Shown one piece after another: positions 12,900 to 24,381 of a stretch of 64,000 nt of DNA. The translations under genes were made by a program, and so were the position numbers. The stretch covers positions 77,314,001 through 77,378,000 of the forward strand of contig OX597818.1 in NCBI GenBank assembly GCA_951406725.2. Direction: 5' to 3'. Every line of letters starts with the position of its first letter. Positions within the stretch are counted from its first letter, which is position 1. The stretch comes from Octopus vulgaris (lineage: Eukaryota). The notes beneath the pieces were generated by a model. It was not told where the DNA came from and made no database searches. It saw only the letters and a program-made list of their open reading frames with translations.

Positions 12900-13111
12900 C
12901 CTTTCTACTTTAGGCACAAAGCCTGAAATTTTGAGTGAGAGGGCTAGTCAATTATATTGACCCCAGTGTGTAACTAGCACTTATTTCATTGACCCTGAAA
13001 GGATGAAAAGTAAAGTCAACCTTGGTGGAATTTGAACTCAGAATGTAAAGATGAATGAAATGCCATTAAGCATTTTGCCCAGCATGCTAACGATTCTGCC
13101 AGCTTGCCACC

Positions 13112-13113
<2 letters not shown>
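12900..13113 (-). mobile_element. SINE family B in (AAT)n, abutting the Dong element
   Basis: Nearly identical to 11775-11990. Confidence 0.85.
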
Positions 13114-13142
<29 letters not shown>

Positions 13143-13144
<2 letters not shown>

Positions 13145-15452
13145 GGAAGCAATAGGAATAGAGGAGCTAAGGTGTGTCCTTAGGAAGGCTCATAAATGGA
13201 AAACCCCAGGACTGGATCGGATCCCTAACTTCTGGCTGAATTGTTTGACAGAGGTACACGAAGATCTCGCTGCATCTCTGTCTGATGTCATTCAGAACCC
13301 AGAGCAAATACCTGCTTGGCTGACTGAAGGAACCACCTACCTATTACCTAAAACCGAAGACACAAAAAACCCAAAGAATTACCGGCCAATAACATGTCTC
13401 AACATCACCTACAAAATCCTCACATCCATAATATCGGAGAGAATGTACGCTTTCCTTGAACAAAACTCTATCCTTCCACAAGCTCAAAAAGGTTGTAAAA
13501 GAAACTCTTATGGGTGCAAAGACCAATTGCTCATAAACAGAATGATTGTAGAGAATTGCCGGAGCAAAAACAAAAACCTGAGTATGGCATGGATAGACTA
13601 CAGGAAAGCGTATGACAGTGTCCCACATAAATGGATACTCAAGGCCCTTGAGATATACAAGATCTCTCCTGTCGTCTCAAAATTCTTAGAGAATAGCATG
13701 ACCATGTGGAACACACATCTCTTTCTAAGCCATAGTAATGGAATGAGCCAGTCCAACAGCATCAACATCAAACGAGGCATCTTTCAAGGTGACTCCCTCT
13801 CTCCATTACTTTTTTGCATGGCACTGATCCCACTCTCAAACAAATTGGATAGTACCAGATATGGGTACAAAGTTTTTAGTAAGTCAATAAACCACCTTTT
13901 CTATATGGACGACCTAAAGTTGTTTGCCAGGAATGACCAAGAGCTAGAAGGGCTGCTAACAACTGTTAAAGAGTTTAGCAATGATATCGGAATGGATTTT
14001 GGCCTTGATAAGTGTGCTAAAGCAACTTTTGTAAGAGGCAAGCTCAGGCAAACAGCTTCTGTTAAATTAGATATTGACACTACCATCAAGGAACTTGACC
14101 CACAAGAAAGTTACAAATACCTAGGAATCAACGAAGGAGATGGTATACATCATGCTACTATGAAGGAAAAAATAAGAAAGGAATACTATAGGAGAATAAG
14201 CCTTGTACTGAAGACTGAACTCAACTCCAAAAATTGCATTGAGGCCATTAACACCCTGGCACTTCCAGTAGTCCAGTACAGTTTTAACATCATTAACTGG
14301 AACCTTACGGAACTCCAACGCTTGGACAGGAAGACAAGAAAATTACTGACATCCAAGAGCATGCACCACCCTAAGCATGTAGACCGCCTGTACCTACCTA
14401 GAAGCAGCAGGGGGAGAGGAATGATGCAATTAGAGCTGTGCTATAAGACCTCTACTGTAGGAATGAACAGGTACCTATCTAGTACAAAGGACTGGATGCT
14501 GCGACTTGTGTGCGAACACAAAAGCAGCAAAAAGCTGCATTCTATTGTCAAGGAAGCTTATAAGTTCGAAAGGGAACTAGACATTAACCTTGAATCAGAT
14601 AAAGAGCCAGAAACCACTGCTACCAAGCAAGCAAAGCGAATCAAGCAGACTGCAAAAAAGAACGGGCAGAATCAAATTGAGAGGCGGTGGAGCCAGAAGT
14701 CCCTGCATGGACAATATATTCTCCGAAGCCAAAATGCTGATGTAGACCAAGCAACAACCCATCAGTGGCTGAAGAGTTCTGGATTGAAAGCAGAGACTGA
14801 AGGCTTCATACTGGCAGCACAAGATCAAAGCTTGTTTACCAGAAATTACCAGGCTAACGTTCTCTGAAACGGTACTGACCCTAAATGCAGATTCTGCGAC
14901 ACATTTGACGAAACAATAGACCATCTCGTTTCGGGATGTCCTGTGCTGACACCAAACGAATACAAAAATCGCCACGATAGGGTAGGACAGTATATACATT
15001 GGAAGATATGTAAACACTACAAATTCGGCACTCCTGCTAACTGGTATGAACACCATCCTCAGCCAGTTGTTGAAGGTAAAAATGTCACCATCCTCTGGGA
15101 TTTTCCAGTCAACACTGACAGAACGATCAAGGCTAATCGACCAGACATAATTGTTAAAGACAGGGAAGAAAATACCTGCAGACTAATAGAGGTAAGCGTC
15201 CCCATTGATAAAAATGTATCTGTAAAGGAATTTGACAAACTTAGTAAATATAAGGACCTGGAAATCGAAATACAAAAGATGTGGAATCTTAAAACAAAAA
15301 CTGTTCCTGTTATTGTAGGTGCCCTAGGTATGATAAAAAAGGGATATCAGAAACACCTAGACAATATCCCTGGAGAACCATGTCTCAAGGAAATCCAGAA
15401 GATTGTGCTAACAAGTACTGCCCACATCCTTAGAAAAACCCTATCAATGTAA
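13143..15452 (+). pseudogene. R4/Dong RT-CCHC-RLE ORF with one in-frame stop (TGA 14865-14867)
   Basis: KTPGLD, YRPITCL, DYRKAYDSV, GIFQGDSLSP, YMDD, YKYLG. After the TGA the same frame gives CRFC..ETIDHLVSGC, RHD, RPDII..IEV, K..KY and ends ILRKTLSM*. Confidence 0.93.
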
Positions 15453-15613
15453 ATGTTTGTGTTTGTATTACATGGAGATATTTCTCTACTTCCCCTCCCC
15501 AAGCTTTCAGCTATATTTCAACAACTCTTAACCTTCACTTGCCCTAGGGCGCTGGGTGTGCCCCCCCCCCCGGCAAGTGATTGCATCAAACATGCAGATT
15601 AAAAGTAAATGAC
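13144..15613 (+). mobile_element. 5'-truncated R4/Dong-clade non-LTR retrotransposon inserted in an (AAT)n microsatellite
   Basis: (AAT)n on both sides (about 13114-13143 and 15614-15631). RT plus CCHC plus restriction-like endonuclease ORF, then a ~160 nt 3' UTR. Confidence 0.95.
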
Positions 15614-16761
15614 AATAATAATAATAATAATTAAAAAACAAAAAAACCATGTTCTGGAAATTAGCTATAAACTGCTTCAACAATTGTTGATTTAAGCAAT
15701 GACAGTGGATGATTGTTGATTTAGGCTATGATAAATAATATCACATTGTATTACAGAGCTGGAATGAATAATTGTTTATTTAGTTCTTTTAGTAATTGTG
15801 ATGGTTTAATCCGGGAAGAGATAGAAGTGCCTACCATCTTTGAAAGCCCTCCAAAACTCAAGAGATCTAAACAGTTGATGTTTAGCTTGGTCATCTAGGA
15901 AGTCAATGTTTGAAGGAAAAACACCTGGTGGTGGTGGTGGTAGGGGGAAGAAAATTCTTGGGTTGATACCCTGATGAAGAAGGATCTATGTACAGTATTT
16001 AGTGTAGGGCCTGATGTAAAGACACAGAGCAGAGTGCAAATAAGGAGAGTGTTGGGTGGTGAATGTGACATGCAACCAGCTAGTTTAGAGTGTCATAGTG
16101 ATAAATTAGGCAGAATGAGAAGTCATCATAGGCCACAAGTTGTAGTCTTATAGTGAATTTTTACCAGCCAGTTGGATGGCATTCCTTTAGATGTAGGTTA
16201 TGTCGGTGCAGTATTTTTTTGCAGGTTTAACTTGAGCTTTGTAAGAGAATCAACAGGGGAATGGAGTTAAAGTATTTTCCAACCCTGAATAGGAAGGCTA
16301 ATTTAGTGCTAGTATCATGAAGAAATGAATACAAAAGACTTTGTAAAGTGGCTGGTATTAAGAAGGGAATCTTGCCAAAACAGAATCCGCATAATGAGAC
16401 ATGATCTTCCCAAACCATCCAGGAGGGCAGTAAACCAGAATAACTGACTAAGGCCATGATATATCTGTTCAATCCATGCTGTTATGGAAAGGGGAACATA
16501 AAATGATGGTGGTGGTGATGTGTGTTGCTAAAGATTAGAGAAAGTGAGGGAGATCGTTTCCTTGATATAAACAGTAATTTTGTCATTGTGCTATAGAAGA
16601 CAAGATCATGTCACACCCACACTGGAGAGTCTTTGCTGTTGTCTGCAGGGCCAGTGTTAGAAAATTCAGTGCTCTAGGCTAGTGTATTCCTTTCTCTCAA
16701 TCATGACTATTTATTAAATACAGCTAGGAGCAGTAGCTTATTAATATATAGTGTACAATAG

Positions 16762-17151
16762 GGTGGCGAGCTGGCAGAATCATCAGCATGCCAGGTGAAA
16801 TGCTTAGTGGTATTTTGTCTGCCGCTACGTTCTGAGTTCAAATTCCGCCGAGGTCGACTTATCCATTTAGGGTCGATTAAATAAGTACCAGTTATGCACT
16901 GGGTCGATATAACCAACTTAATCCGTTTGTCTGTCCTTGTTTGTGCTCTCTGTGTTGTGGTAAAGAAATAGGTATTTTGTCTGCTGTTACGTCCTGAGTT
17001 CAAATTCTGCCGAGGTCGACTTTGCCTTTCATCCTTTCAGGGTCGATTAAATAAGTACCAGTTACACACTGGGTTTGATGTAATGGACTTAATCCCTTTG
17101 TCTGGCCTTGTTTGCCCCCTCTATGTTTAGGCCCCTGTGGGCAATAAAGAA
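16762..17151 (+). mobile_element. tRNA-derived SINE family B with tandemly duplicated body
   Basis: ggcgagctggcagaatc..gagttcaaattcc head. Segment repeated from ~16970. Exact 16 bp TSD atatagtgtacaatag (16746-61 / 17152-67). Confidence 0.88.
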
Positions 17152-17307
17152 ATATAGTGTACAATAGTTTGGCTGGTGATTTAAACTATAACCTACTTTT
17201 AGATGAATAAACCACATTTTATGATTAAAGTATATCAATGTAGAGTAACATGCTTTTCTTAAAATGGCAACATGTGTTAACACAAATTATTTTACAGGCA
17301 GAATATT

Positions 17308-17500
17308 GATTTCAAAGTTTGGCACAAGGTCAGTAATTTCTGGGAAGAAGTAAAGTTGATTGCATAGACCCTGATACTCAACCCTGAAATGATGAAAAGC
17401 AACGTCAACCCTGGTGGAACTTGAACTCAGAATGTGAGGACTGATGAAATGTTAGTAAGCATTCTGCTTGGTGTGCTAACGATTCTGCTAGCTCGCTGCC
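17308..17500 (-). mobile_element. SINE family B
   Basis: Exact 18 bp TSD ttttacaggcagaatatt (17290-307 / 17501-518). Confidence 0.85.
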
Positions 17501-19009
17501 TTTTACAGGCAGAATATTAACCCAAACTCTTCACCCTTACTAATCATAAATCCAGACCATTAACCCCTCTAATTCCTGAGCCAAAAATACTTACTTTAAT
17601 GTTCTAATAAATTTTTTCATATGTCAGTAAAATAAAACAAAGTGGTGAGTAACATGTCTCAATGCTAGCATAACCAACGTATCCTCATTCTATCTCGACC
17701 TGCTAGAAATAGTAGCAAAATCTTTCTTGAGTCTCACTATACATCTTAAAAATAGGAGGAGGTATATGTATCTGGGATAATACAGTTTTGAATATATTAT
17801 ACTTTAAACAAAGATGGGATGATTGCGGTTTGAACACCTTTGATCATAGGTTTGTCCAATCAGGAGTGTCATGTGGTTAAACACCACCACCACCAACAGC
17901 CATTCTGCATCTGACTTCTCATCTACATAAAAGTTTTAATGGGAACAGATCACTAATAAGCAAACAAGTGTCACGGGCCAATGAGAGAGCCTCTATGTAG
18001 TCATTTGAGCAACCAAATATCTCTCAAACCACTCTAGCATCTTAAAGAGCAATACAATGAGCAACATAGTCCCTTAGATACAGAGGAAATGGTCATGATT
18101 GGAATGTCCTTGAACAGAGCTGATCTGGGGGCTAAATGACAACATAGAGACATTTTATACATCACTGAACAAAGGTATATAGTTAGACAGGCATGGTTGT
18201 GTGGTTAAGAAACTTGCTTAGTAACTATGTAGTTTGGGGTTCATTTCCACATCTTGGGCAAATGAAATCTACTATAGTCCCTAGCCGAATAATGTATTGT
18301 AAGTGAATTTAGAAGACAGAAACTGTGTGGAAGCTATATATATATATATATATATATATATAGCAGGAAATGTATCAGGACATGAAATGTAAAAGCCGGA
18401 CTGGACTATTTTATGCGCAACTCCATTGTCTCCCGAAACAAAAAGGATGCCAACCAACAACAATATATATATATGTATATATATATATACCGATGAGTGT
18501 GTGTGTCTTTGTGTCAGTGGTTGTCTTCCCAACTCCACTGCCTGACAACCGGTGTTGGTTTATGTGACATAGCGGTTCGGTAAAAAAAAAAAAACGTATA
18601 GTACCAGACTTAAAAATCAATGTTAAGGTCGATCTTTTCGACTAAAACTTTTTAAGTCAGTGCTTCAGTATGGCCACACTCCAATGGCTGAAACAAAGTA
18701 AAATATATGTTGTGGTAGAGACATATAAGCCACGTAATGAGTTTCATAGCAGTTTGTTTTTTCAACAGATGTCACGAATATCCATGTAACATTAATCAAT
18801 AATAGAAAAAAAACACAGTTAAAAAAAAGAGAGAGAGAGATAAAGAAAGACGTTCCGAGAGAAATACAATGAAGAGAGTTTTACATACGAAAATATGTAA
18901 GATTTGTATGTAAACAACGTTCTCAATGTAAATGAATAAACAACGTCCCCATATTTGAAGATGGGTCGCAGTTGGATTTTAATCGACTCACTTCTTGACT
19001 AATAATTAC

Positions 19010-19087
19010 CTTATATACCCTGCCACGTTGATCACATGGGTTCTAGGAGTGCCTGGGAAAGTGAAAGACGCAACCCCTTCCTTCAGA
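19010..19087 (-). other. Candidate alternative or duplicated SLC37A exon (78 nt, phase 2-2, open)
   Basis: tttag|...ag|gtaatt. Reads LKEGVASFTFPGTPRTHVINVAGYI. Shares an exact 14-mer with exon 1 at the same distance from the donor. Confidence 0.35.
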
Positions 19088-19114
19088 CTAAACTATTACA
19101 ATACAACACACATA

Positions 19115-20384
19115 GGAGGGGCGTTCAATAAGTAATGCCCCTGACCCACTTGCAGTTGTTTGATCTAGCTGAAATTTTGCATGTGCACTTATTTATACCT
19201 CTATAGATTAAGTGGCAAATCACAGCTCTGAACTAATTGTGGTTTCTGATTTACAGGTGTTTGAACTGAGTCAAGTGTGAAATGGAGCCTGTTGAGTGTC
19301 GAGCAGTGATCTGGTTTTTGTATTTGAAAGGACGCACACCACGGGAGACTTTTGATGAAATGAAAGTAACTTATGGTGATGATGCCTCATCATATGACCT
19401 TGTAAAACGCTGGCATTGTGAATTCAAACATAGTCGGAACTCTGTGGAAACAGCTCCCAGATCTGGTCGCCCCCTTCTGCCGTTGATGAGACGTCTGTCC
19501 GTCAAGTTGAGGCTGCCATTTTGGAAGGTCAACGCATAACTATTCGCCAAATAGCCCATAAGGTCAAGATTAGTACCGGGTCTGTGGAAACTATCATTCA
19601 TGACCATTTGCATATGCAAAAGGTGTCTGCCAGATGGATTTCCAGGTTGCTCACACCTTTCCAGAAGCAAGAACGCGTTGAGTGCTCGAGGATGAATTTG
19701 GAGATGTGCCAAGAAGATGAGTCAAAATTTTTCAAAAGACTGATCACACAGGATAAAACCTGGGTCCATCACTATGATCCATAGACCAAAGCCCAGTCAA
19801 TGCAGTGAACGCACCGTGACTCACCTCCTCCAAAGAAGGCAAGGGTGCAGCCCTCCGCTGACAAGGTTATGCTCACAGTCTTCTGGGACCAGGACGGAGT
19901 AGTGATGACAGATTTCCTGGCAAAGGGTACTACAATTACAGGAGCCTATTATGCTTCACTTTTGAGGAAATTAAGAGAAGCTATCAAAATCAAGAGGCGG
20001 GGCAAGATCAGCAAAGGCATCCTCCTCCTGCAGGACAACGCTCCGGTCCATAACTCGCGTGTCGCCAGATCAGAAGCACAGGCGTGCAGCTATGAACTCT
20101 TCCCCTTGCACCCTCTGATTTTCACCTCTTCCCAGCCATGAAGTTGATTTTGAAAGGAAAGCGTTTCCCAGATGATGCAGCCTTGATTTCTGAAGTCACG
20201 TCGTGTTTGGAGGACCAAGCTGGGGTCTTCTACAAAAACGGTCTCCAGAGCTGTATCAAACGATGGGAGAAATGCATAACTCTGGGTAGTTCCTATGTAG
20301 GAAAAGACTAATAACTGTGCCAAGTGTCGTTGCTCTACTGCTATGGGAAGTGGGTCAGGGGCATTACTTATTGAACGCCCCTCG
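19115..20384 (+). mobile_element. Full-length (1270 bp) mariner DD34D DNA transposon, defective
   Basis: 37 bp TIRs (19115-19151 / 20348-20384, only the terminal base differs). TA target duplication at 19113-14 and 20385-86. Confidence 0.97.
19282..20311 (+). pseudogene. Mariner transposase pseudogene
   Basis: HTH..RSGRP, KVSARWI, TQDKTWVHHYDP, QDNAPVH, LAPSDFHLF, RWEKCI. Frameshift near 19470, stops at 19782 and ~19806, deletion of the YSPDL region near 20105. Confidence 0.93.
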
Positions 20385-21197
20385 TATGATCAGTAGCTGC
20401 CGAAAATTGTCATCGAAGTACTTACTACCCAATGCCTCAAGACTAAAGCATCTGAAAAAAGATGCGTCTGGGGGATAAATGTAGATAGCTCACTCCCTTG
20501 TTATTGAATACATACATAAATATCAACACAAAGAATATTAGTGGAACAGTCTCATTAAAATTTCCCCCAATAGTCCGGATATTGTTGTTTGGGACATACA
20601 AGAGGTAGTATGTACCGTTATAAAAGGTCAGCTGTCCTACTGATGTGAAAACATTTTCGAAAATCAAAAAGAAAGAGGACAACTCCGAACAACTGCTTCG
20701 AAACCTCCAGCTTCTATACTCAGATTATAAATTCACATTTATTCCAATAATAATTGGTGCACTTAAGTTTTGTGAGTAGAGGATAAGAAAGGAAATCAAA
20801 CAGCTAACGCTTACATTACAAATACAGCCTGAAGCGGAACAGTAGAAATATGTAAAACTTTTCTGAAGTTTAAAATATGTACTCGTTCTTTTTTTTTATA
20901 TCTATATTCCAACGATGGGCTTTGTATCTTTGTTAGGAACCAGTTCCTTCTTTACAGAAAGATTTCAAATAATTAAAAATAGAAGTGAACAGACATATAC
21001 GTATACATTTGAGTCCATCCCCAATCACTTTAAAATAGAGAGAATACTTAAACATATTTTCTCCCTTCGGGTAAACTCGTAGTGTCAAATAATAAAAACT
21101 TGATGTAACTATAGTCAACAAACTAAGCTGGAGAGCAAACGTCAATAATAAAGTCGATATGACCCGCAGAATGTGCTCTTAGATCCTTAGAACTTAC

Positions 21198-21273
21198 CCG
21201 TTCAAAGATCTTAGATTCTCTTTTCTACGTTTGCAAGACTTCACTTTGAATGATGCTGCCAACTATGGACTCC
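21198..21273 (-). other. Candidate non-coding/poison exon in SLC37A intron 1
   Basis: ttttgtgcag|76 nt|gtaagt, with stops in all three frames. Confidence 0.35.
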
Positions 21274-21424
21274 CTGCACAAAATAAAATATTAAAATTGA
21301 AGCACCCCCAGTAGGGAATACTCCAACACTGTCCAAATGATGGTGGTATCAGGTTCACAAGTCACTCAAAGCTAGGGTGCCAATATAATCAACTGTTTTC
21401 GCGTATTTTGAAACATATATATAA

Positions 21425-21662
21425 TTTATTTATGCGCCCTTTTTCTGTGGAGTCCCCCCCCCCCAGCTGGATGGGACGCTAGTCCATCGCAGCGTTACTC
21501 AAGAAACAGGAAGAAAGAGTGAGAGAAAGTTGGGTACAACAGGGGTCGCCACCATCCCCTGCCAGAGCTTCGTGGAGTTTTAGGTGTTTTCGCTCAATGA
21601 ACACACACAACGCCCGGTCTGGGAATCGAAACCGCGATCCTCCGACCACAAGTCCGCTGCCC
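21425..21662 (-). mobile_element. Young CpG-rich tRNA-derived SINE fragment
   Basis: Minus-strand B box ggtttcgattcc in a tRNA-like head, internally deleted body. Confidence 0.65.
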
Positions 21663-21918
21663 AATCAGCTGTATTTCGGTAATAATTTTTCATTGCTTAA
21701 TAATGCCCATTCTTTTAGAATAATTGCATTTTATCTTATTGCTCTACTTAACGTTTTCTATTATTTATGTTCGAGCTTCATTCATGCAACATGTCTTATC
21801 AGCATTCTTCCCACAAGCATGGCATTTGTATACTTAAACATATGTTACAGGAATATATGAAACAATGACATCAAACCAATATAAAACATGCTATCTTACA
21901 GATAGCGTGTTCGCACTA

Positions 21919-21962
<44 letters not shown>

Positions 21963-21966
<4 letters not shown>

Positions 21967-22011
21967 TAAATTAGAGATAAAACCACTATTAGGCAAATCA
22001 ATAAATAAAAA

Positions 22012-22045
<34 letters not shown>

Positions 22046-22260
22046 TTATAAATATAAATTAATAATTTTAAATTTTGAATTTTATATTTTATATATTATA
22101 TTAATTAATTTTATTTCTATGTTTTGGTTTGTTTTTCACTGTTTGATTTGCCTAATAGTGGTTTTATCTCTAATTTAATTTATATTTATACTGTAAAATT
22201 AGATTTAATCCTAAATCTAATTTTCCCTGTAAGTTTGGATTTACTCCCTAATATTATTAT
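21963..22260. repeat. (TA)n-embedded element with a perfect 39 bp inverted repeat and a 13 bp hairpin
   Basis: 21963-22001 is the reverse complement of 22143-22181. Hairpin aaaattagattta-atcc-taaatctaatttt at ~22195-22224. Confidence 0.75.
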
Positions 22261-22481
22261 ATATATAGCCCAACAATTACTGCTTTGGCCAGAGTCAAAA
22301 TACATGTCTCCTGACAAGTTCAACAAGCCGTGATGTCTAAACCAAACACCAATCAACTTAATTTAGTAAATACGGTTTGCATAAATTAACATTTTGGAGC
22401 CTATACAAATGTATTTAAGGCACACAGTTTAGCCATCTCACTACAGTTGTAAATTGTAAAACAACTGTCACCACTGCTACA

Positions 22482-22526
22482 TGAACCTGAAGATTGCATA
22501 GTTTAATGCATGAAAGTACTTGTTCA
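22482..22526 (+). ncRNA. Minimal hammerhead ribozyme-like motif (Penelope-type)
   Basis: tgaac CTGAAGA t tgcat agttta atgca t GAAA GTAC TT gttca. Confidence 0.6.
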
Positions 22527-24272
22527 ATCAGAATGGACATTTAATATTCTATGATTTCATTATATTATATTATTATAAGATTGTAAATGAAACGTGAAAA
22601 CCAAAGCTGGAATTTCTTTGAGTTATATATTCTTCTATACACAATCATACACGTCTGTCTGTCTGTCTATCTATGTTCCCATAGTCGATATGTATCACTT
22701 CACAAAAATATGTTGGCTAGATACGAATGGAAAATATAATTCCATATTACATTGGGGTGGGTTAAATATTTTCTTTCTTTATCAAATATCACAAAAGAAA
22801 AAGAATTTCTGTTCCATTCGCATCTTGGATGCCTTCTAGGAATAAGTTATCCTTTTATGTGCGCCTTATATCCATTCGTCAGCTTGACTCCCTGCTTGCT
22901 AGATCTTTGTGAAAGGGATCGTACCTGTATATTCTTTGAATATTCGGTTTGATAAAGTTTCGTGCTGTCCTTAATCGATGAATGTTTAGTCGTGTATTTT
23001 TATCAAGTATACATCTAAAACGCGAATGTTTTTCTTATTTTATTTATTATTCGATGTTTAATGTGCTGCTTAAGACACCTGTTCTACTGCTACACATTTG
23101 TTACTTTATATTTCCCATTATTTTAATAGAGCACAATCAATAAATGTAAAGTGTTTAATATTTTTCTTCAATGCCAAGGACGGCGAATCATTGTCACTAA
23201 TGAAATTCAATGGCCAGTGGGAAAGAAAAAATAAAGTCAAACTAAACAAGAGATCAATCGTTGATATCAGCTTTACCTTTCATCCCTCCGGTGTCAATAA
23301 TGTAAGGTATCTGTTAAGTACTAAGGGTGTCAATATAATCAACTGTTCTCGCCGATTACGAAACAAGTTATATAATTAAGGCAATTAGCCGACAGAATCG
23401 TTAGCGTGTCAGACAAATGCTTAGTAGCATTTCTTTCGTCTCACTGTTCTGAGTTCAAATAACGCCGAAGCCTACTTGTCCTTTTGGAATCAATAAAATA
23501 AAGTACTTGTCCAGCACAAGGGTCGACGTAATCGACTGGGGAAGTCGATTACATCGACATTCAACTTAAAATTGCTGTCCTAATGTCAAAATCTGAAATA
23601 ACAACAATAGTTATATTTAGTTAGATGACAAGTAGGTGCTCTGTATAGTTATGAAATCTACAGTATTTTAATAAAGAAATGAACACCACATAATCTCTCT
23701 CTTTTCGTCACCTTTAATCTGACAGGTGTATGTAATAGATTTACGACCAAGAATAAACGGACGAACATACAACCACAACATAAAACAATTGGTGGGAAGG
23801 AGTAAATCTTGCTCCATGACAACATTTCTACCTCCGTGTAATACATTAGTTTAGTAGGTTCAAATATTTATTTCAAACTCGCAATGAACATCGACCGTGT
23901 TGACAATTACACATGGTTGATAACCTTCATCAAAATAATGTAAACTCAAGCAATCACATGTGTAGTAAATATCATATTTAACAAATAAATTCTATCAAAA
24001 CTGAACAATATCCAAAATGCAACTGAAAGTGTAAATATTTCTAAATCGGTCAGAAAACACCGGCAAGCCTCGATTCTTTGTAATCAAGGTAAAACTGTTG
24101 ACACTTGATCATTCAATCATTTGTTTACACAACAACAACAGGAAAAAAAACCCCTGAACGTGTAAACTATCCAGTGTCAAAACAAAAAAAAAAGTTGGAA
24201 TAATCGACAGCCTAAATACGATAGCTTTGAATGATGTAGAAGAATAGGTGTTGGTAATTTGTCAATACTTAC

Positions 24273-24364
24273 GCTTTATTCCTATTTATACATTCTACAG
24301 TCGGTAGTAATTCTATACCAATTGGAACAGAAACAACCCCTTCCTTCCTAGACGACGCCATCAT
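24273..24364 (-). CDS. SLC37A2: Coding exon 1 of SLC37A1/2-like sugar-phosphate exchanger (MFS)
   Basis: Reads MMASSRKEGVVSVPIGIELLPTVECINRNK+GC, then donor GTAAGT. Phase 2 joins the 4934 exon in frame (GC|A=Ala). The P-x-G-I motif resembles SLC37A1/2 N-termini (PAGI/APGV). Confidence 0.75.
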
Positions 24365-24369
24365 TACAA

Positions 24370-24381
24370 GATCACATGACC
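24370..24381 (-). promoter_or_regulatory. M-box/CLEAR-like E-box (GGTCATGTGATC) just upstream of the SLC37A start codon
   Basis: TCATGTGA lies ~8 nt upstream of ATGATGGCG (YY1/TISU-like context) in locally CpG-retaining DNA. Confidence 0.45.

Noticed and set aside
14865-14867. In-frame TGA as selenocysteine or programmed readthrough
   Set aside because: It sits in a variable linker, no SECIS was recognised, and CGA->TGA decay is simpler.
14595-15056. Antisense ORFs over the Dong and mariner ORFs (also 13344-14318, 19371-19712)
   Set aside because: Shadow frames of transposon coding sequence.
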